From: an uncultured Methylophilaceae bacterium | Lineage (GTDB): Bacteria > Pseudomonadota > Gammaproteobacteria > Burkholderiales > Methylophilaceae | Direction of reading: 5' to 3' | Assembly: GCA_964466095.1 (NCBI GenBank) | Contig: CAYXMC010000002.1 | Location: forward strand, 1-26,323 | DNA: 26,323 nt | In this document: in pieces, positions 24,279-26,323 of the stretch | How positions within the stretch are numbered: the first letter of the stretch is position 1 | Layout: each line of letters opens with the position of its first letter | Position numbers and translations under genes: made by a program | The notes under the pieces: model-generated | The model's database searches: none | Told to the model about the DNA's origin: nothing | The model's input: the letters and a program-made list of their open reading frames with translations, nothing else

Positions 24279-24644
24279 TTTCTCGTAGGCCGCTGCATCC
24301 AGCAGGTGGTTGATTTCTTCTGCATGGCTGGATTTAAATTTGAATATCCAGTTTTTGTAGGGATGGTCGTTAATCAACTCAGGGTTGCCTTGCAATGCTT
24401 CATTGATTGCCACGACCACCCCACTCAGCGGGGCATGCAAGTCTGAGCCGGTTTTGACCGACTCAACCAGGCCGCAAGGCTTACCTGCAGTGATGGTTGT
24501 CCCGACCTTGGGCGCTTCTACGTAGACAATGTCGCCCAGCAAATCTTGTGCGTAATCCGTAATACCGGCAAGCCAGTCGCCATCGGTATCCTGATATGCC
24601 CACAGGTGTTCTGTAGAATAGTGATAGTTTTCAGGTGTTTTCAT
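24261..24644 (-). CDS. gcvH: Glycine cleavage H-type lipoyl carrier protein
   Basis: YSTEHLW, GITDYAQDLLGDIVYVE, lipoyl-Lys motif VESVKTGSDLHAPLSG, VVAINEAL..NPELIN..PY..WIFK; start ATG 24644. Confidence 0.92.
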   Translation of the reverse strand: MKTPENYHYSTEHLWAYQDTDGDWLAGITDYAQDLLGDIVYVEAPKVGTTITAGKPCGLVESVKTGSDLHAPLSGVVVAINEALQGNPELINDHPYKNWIFKFKSSHAEEINHLLDAAAYEKLLGSA

Positions 24645-24698
24645 ATGGAAAGTATTCAAATTTGCCTGTGTATATTGTCGCATAAATATTGCATGTGA

Positions 24699-24716
24699 TA
24701 GATTGAAGACAATCTA
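24699..24716. promoter_or_regulatory. Perfect palindrome in the gcvH/pbpG divergent spacer (candidate operator)
   Basis: TAGATTG-aaga-CAATCTA: 7-bp inverted arms with a 4-nt spacer. Confidence 0.4.
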
Positions 24717-24807
24717 AGAAAGTTTCTAAAGAAATGCATGTATGTTGATGACAAATAGAAATATTTTGGATAATATCGGCCTAAATGATTTTTGATGGGA
24801 AACAACA

Positions 24808-25791
24808 ATGATACGGAAATTAATACTGTTGTGTGCAGCACTCACAATAGCTATGCCTGCAATCTCTGTAGAGGCGGCACAGAAAAAATCCGGCAAGCGT
24901 ATTTCCGTTTCCAGCAAGAACAAGGTTTCAGGCAAGCGTATCATCCGCACAATCCGTGCAGATCACAAATATCAGGTACAAAACGTTAATTACAACCGCA
25001 GTGTGTTTCAGGATGAAACGCATGATGGGGTTTTACAACTAGCTTCATCCAAGGCGCTGATCGTCAATCAGGAAACAGGGGAGACCTTGTACGCTAAGAG
25101 TACGGATGTTTCCACTCCGATTGCGTCGGTGACTAAACTGATGACGGCCATGGTCATGCTGGATGCCAATCTGCCTATGGATGAATACCTGACAATTTCT
25201 GAGGCAGATGTCGATCTGCTTAAAGGCACCAGTTCCCGACTGCGTCTTGGTACCGAGCTGACACGCGCAGAGTTGTTGCAACTGGCTATTATGGCTTCAG
25301 AGAACCGTGCAGCTTCTGCACTGGGTCGTAATTATCCCGGCGGTTTGACTGCATTCGTTGCCGCTATGAATGCCAAGGCCTTGCAACTAGGCATGATGCA
25401 TACACGCTTCCTTGATCCAACTGGCTTGAACAGCGGCAATGTCTCGACCGCTGAAGATCTGGTGAAGATGGTGCGAGCTGCTTACCAATATCCACAGATT
25501 CGCCAAGTCAGTACTTCTGGTGCGCATGAGGTAAGTGTGCGCGGGCAGCGTAATCCTGTGCATTTTGTTAATACCAATATCCTTGTGCGCAACAGTGATT
25601 GGGTCATAGGTCTGTCCAAGACTGGCTATATCAATGAAGCAGGCCGTTGTCTGGTGATGCAAGCGGAGATTGCTGGTCAGCCACTGATTATTGTGCTGTT
25701 GGATTCATGGGGCAAGTATTCAAGAATCGGCGATGCACAGCGTATACGCAAATGGATAGAAAGTAGTAATGCCAGCCGCCATTTGGGTTGA
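24808..25791 (+). CDS. pbpG: D-alanyl-D-alanine endopeptidase PBP7 (S11 family)
   Basis: Signal peptide, LASSKALIVNQETGE, SxxK IASVTKL, SxN ASENRA, KTG LSKTGYINEAGRCLVM, RIGDAQRI. Confidence 0.9.
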   Translation: MIRKLILLCAALTIAMPAISVEAAQKKSGKRISVSSKNKVSGKRIIRTIRADHKYQVQNVNYNRSVFQDETHDGVLQLASSKALIVNQETGETLYAKSTDVSTPIASVTKLMTAMVMLDANLPMDEYLTISEADVDLLKGTSSRLRLGTELTRAELLQLAIMASENRAASALGRNYPGGLTAFVAAMNAKALQLGMMHTRFLDPTGLNSGNVSTAEDLVKMVRAAYQYPQIRQVSTSGAHEVSVRGQRNPVHFVNTNILVRNSDWVIGLSKTGYINEAGRCLVMQAEIAGQPLIIVLLDSWGKYSRIGDAQRIRKWIESSNASRHLG

Positions 25792-25808
25792 TTGGTGTAA
25801 ATGAATAC

Positions 25809-25838
25809 AAAAAAAGCGGCCAATGGCCGCTTTTTTTT
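25809..25838. terminator. Bidirectional intrinsic terminator between pbpG and topA
   Basis: AAAAAAA-GCGGCC-AAT-GGCCGC-TTTTTTTT between convergent genes. Confidence 0.9.
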
Positions 25839-25851
25839 GGCTATAGGGAAA

Positions 25852-26323
25852 TTAACTTGCGCTGACTTTCTTGGCCGGCTTTTTGGCTGTGCTTGTTTTC
25901 TTGGTCGGTGTCTTTTTTGCAGTCGTCTTGCTTGCTGCTTTTTTAGCGGCTGGCTTTTTCTTGGCAGGGGCTTCTTTTTCCGCTTTGGCTGCCAACAATT
26001 CAAGTGCTTCTTCCAAAGTCAGTGTTTCCGGGGTCACACTCTTGGGCAGGGTTGCGCGAATCTTGGCATGCTGCACATAAGGACCATAACGCCCAGAATA
26101 AACCTCAATATTGCCTTCAGACGTAGGGTGGGCTCCCAGATCACGTAAAGGTGCCGGCCCAGAGTTTGCCTGCGCCAGTAACTCGACTGCGCGAGCCATA
26201 TCAATATCAAACACGCTGTCGGTCTTGGGGATGGATTTGAATTTGCCATCGTGATTGACATAGGGCCCGAAGCGACCAATATTGGCGACAACCTTCTTGC
26301 CGGTTTCTGGATGCTGGCCGAGG
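25852..26323 (-). CDS. topA: Type IA DNA topoisomerase, C-terminal part (5'-truncated by the window)
   Basis: Frame open from 26322: LGQHPETGKKVVANIGRFGPYVNHDGKFKSIPK... and LGAHPTSEGNIEVYSGRYGPYVQHAKIRATLPK..ETLTLEEALELL, two topoisomerase C-terminal repeats, then a Lys/Ala/Pro tail. Confidence 0.85.
   Translation of the reverse strand, partial: LGQHPETGKKVVANIGRFGPYVNHDGKFKSIPKTDSVFDIDMARAVELLAQANSGPAPLRDLGAHPTSEGNIEVYSGRYGPYVQHAKIRATLPKSVTPETLTLEEALELLAAKAEKEAPAKKKPAAKKAASKTTAKKTPTKKTSTAKKPAKKVSAS

Noticed and set aside
24645-24698. 17-codon Cys-rich ORF (MESIQICLCILSHKYCM) back-to-back with the gcvH start
   Set aside because: It arises from a CATATG palindrome, has no room for a ribosome-binding site or promoter, and is expected by chance in AT-rich DNA.
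24703-24716. FNR-box-like TTGAA-GACA-ATCTA
   Set aside because: One mismatch in each half-site; the offset perfect palindrome explains the sequence better.
24645-24807. Glycine riboswitch upstream of gcvH
   Set aside because: The spacer is AT-rich and lacks the aptamer's GC-rich helices and conserved purine elements.
215-26291. Numerous antisense or out-of-frame ORFs in the track (e.g. 2449..3084, 3559..4119, 4553..5026, 9249..9800, 17232..17759, 23260..23742)
   Set aside because: They lie within well-supported genes and have no recognisable motifs; they are shadow ORFs.
1-26323. CRISPR arrays, tRNA/rRNA, IS elements, integrases, prophage
   Set aside because: No spaced nucleotide repeats, cloverleafs or transposase/integrase motifs; almost all sequence is explained by CDSs with short spacers.

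Overview
A gene-dense, mostly housekeeping stretch of a betaproteobacterial chromosome. Gene content, order and protein style suggest Methylophilaceae/Nitrosomonadales, but this is inference. In order: a partial small membrane protein and a low-GC membrane-anchored DUF2726 gene at the end of an AI-2E-transporter/hda operon; purM, two tandem DUF3108 paralogs and an RsmB/NOP-family RNA m5C methyltransferase; a DAACS symporter and a GNAT; an ampD-MFP-RND-Fet4-like permease unit; a Na+/Ca2+ antiporter inverted between ampD and pilR; PP0621-pilS-pilR; an ECF sigma-DUF3619-DUF3106-RDD operon; lptFG divergent from pepA-holC-hypothetical; an isolated gcvH; pbpG; a bidirectional terminator; and the 3' end of topA. 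I saw no tRNA, rRNA, CRISPR array, IS or prophage. The best candidate for an undescribed system is the DUF3108 pair. The second paralog has a TonB/TolA-like N-terminus (TM helix with SxxxH, a motor-box-like VEVTL strand, a Pro/Lys/Glu linker) fused to DUF3108 and overlaps a soluble periplasmic paralog, suggesting a PMF-energised envelope carrier. Second-tier leads are a PopZ-like protein after holC, an RND pump translationally coupled to a Fet4-like permease, and a membrane-tethered nuclease-fold DUF2726. All family calls come from motif recognition; no database searches were run.
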